Of a DNA stretch of 64,000 nucleotides, positions 63,059 to 64,000 are shown in pieces (within the stretch, counting starts at the first letter, position 1; each line of letters opens with the position of its first letter). This DNA is from Pseudomonadota bacterium (GTDB lineage: Bacteria; Pseudomonadota; Alphaproteobacteria; Sphingomonadales; SMXR01). The translations under genes were made by a program, and so were the position numbers. The stretch lies in contig JACZSK010000003.1 of the NCBI GenBank assembly GCA_022574255.1, forward strand, positions 7,270 through 71,269, written 5' to 3'. The notes below the pieces were generated by a model. The model ran no database searches. It was given only the letters and a program-made list of their open reading frames with translations, and was not told the DNA's origin.

Positions 63059-63308
63059 TTAAGGGTAGCGGGCAGAAGCCGCATTGCGGCGCGTGCCCGC
63101 ATTCGTAATAGGCTGAAACCGCGCGGGATCATTGCCTTCCCGCTTTTACGAGATGGTCGGCGATTCTCCGTCCTCGGAGGCGTTCATCTGGCGCGCTCAG
63201 GAATATTCCTGCGGGAGATTTGCGAACACTTTTTCGTGAGCGAGGCTGACGCGACGGCGGCAATGCCCGAATCGGATCGGTGGTTGCCCTTCTGGTGGCG
63301 GTCGATAT

Positions 63309-64000
63309 TCAGCCGGCGTAGGCACCCGCAGTCTCGGGAAAGCGCGCCCTGATAATCTTGAAACGGTGGATGTCGTTGGTGCCGTCCATGTGCAGGAAGA
63401 TCGAGGCGTCGCGGAAGATTTTCTCGATACCGGCCTCCAGCATGGCGCCCATGCCGCCGTGCAATTCCATGGCCATCTGGGCAACTTCCATGACGGTCTC
63501 CGACGCGAACACTTTAACCATCAGACATTGCTGCCCGGCGTCGGACGCGCCCTGGTCTAGCGCCCTGGCGGCCCGGTACACCATGGCGCGAACCGCCTCC
63601 AGCTTGACCGTCATGTCGGCCAGATGGGCGGCGATTATCTGATGCTGTATCAGCGGCTTGCCGCCCTGGATATGCTGTTGGACATATGCTTCAGTATCTT
63701 CCAGCGCCGCCATGCCGACCCCCAGGTTCTTCGCCGCCTGCAATATTTTGCCGGGGTTGAAATATATCGCCGCCTTCTTCAAGGCTTCGTCTTTGACCAG
63801 CAGGTGATCCTGCGGCACCCGGCAATCTTCAAGGACGATTTCGCCGTTGTTCATATAGCGGCAGCCGATAGTCTCGTTGGCCCGGGCCACCGAAAATCCT
63901 TTCATCTCCTTCAGCACGATAAAGCTGGAGGTGCCGTCAGAGATGCCGACGGAGGGGTTGGTGTTGGCGTAAACAATATAGAGCGAAGCGTCGTAGCCGT
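63309..64000 (-). CDS. Acyl-CoA dehydrogenase, C-terminal part (the 5' end lies beyond the window end)
   Basis: The frame stays open to nt 64000. C-terminal ACAD helices (QHQIIAAHLADMTVKLEAVRAMVYRAA..., FASETVMEVAQMAMELHGGMG, EKIFRDASIF...GTNDIHR). Confidence 0.85.
   Translation of the reverse strand, partial: GYDASLYIVYANTNPSVGISDGTSSFIVLKEMKGFSVARANETIGCRYMNNGEIVLEDCRVPQDHLLVKDEALKKAAIYFNPGKILQAAKNLGVGMAALEDTEAYVQQHIQGGKPLIQHQIIAAHLADMTVKLEAVRAMVYRAARALDQGASDAGQQCLMVKVFASETVMEVAQMAMELHGGMGAMLEAGIEKIFRDASIFLHMDGTNDIHRFKIIRARFPETAGAYAG

Noticed and set aside
1-64000. CRISPR arrays, rRNA/tRNA genes, IS elements, integrases, phage genes, toxin-antitoxin modules or known defence-system genes.
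   Set aside because: I saw no regularly spaced direct repeats. No transposase, integrase, recombinase or nuclease-helicase-like ORFs occur among the credible genes. The only multi-copy element is the operator palindrome.

Overview
High-GC Gram-negative chromosomal segment, probably proteobacterial; a marine alphaproteobacterial origin is inference only. It holds about 56 densely packed protein genes. I found no rRNA, tRNA, CRISPR array, transposase or integrase. Left third (1-20 kb), redox and respiration: ubiT/ubiU-like genes for O2-independent ubiquinone synthesis, a cytoplasmic molybdopterin oxidoreductase, putA, an eight-gene non-canonical Nap-like periplasmic molybdoenzyme cluster (8.3-17.0 kb), and a cytochrome c/FTR1 iron permease fusion. 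Right two thirds (20-63 kb): a LacI-family regulator followed by about 35 genes in at least 10 transcription units. These include two TonB-dependent receptors, MFS and TauE/SafE permeases, a split TRAP transporter and a Tsx/OmpK-like porin. The enzymes are two M24-fold hydrolases, an amidohydrolase, S9-type and MBL hydrolases, an E1/E2 2-oxoacid dehydrogenase plus aldehyde dehydrogenase, and an IorAB-type molybdo-hydroxylase. There are also two large secreted beta-propellers, a deiodinase-like thioredoxin-fold protein and a degenerate KdsB-like protein. The strongest signal not explained by gene calls is a 14-16 bp palindrome, ATGCAAWCGWTTGCAT. It occurs ten times, always intergenic, in front of these units. 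That suggests one LacI-type regulon, a TonB-receptor utilisation island without recognisable glycoside hydrolases, for an unidentified substrate. All family assignments come from reading the translated ORFs against remembered motifs; no database search was possible. Several ORF-track starts are non-ATG codons (TTG/GTG), so I re-picked starts where an SD plus ATG/GTG was visible.
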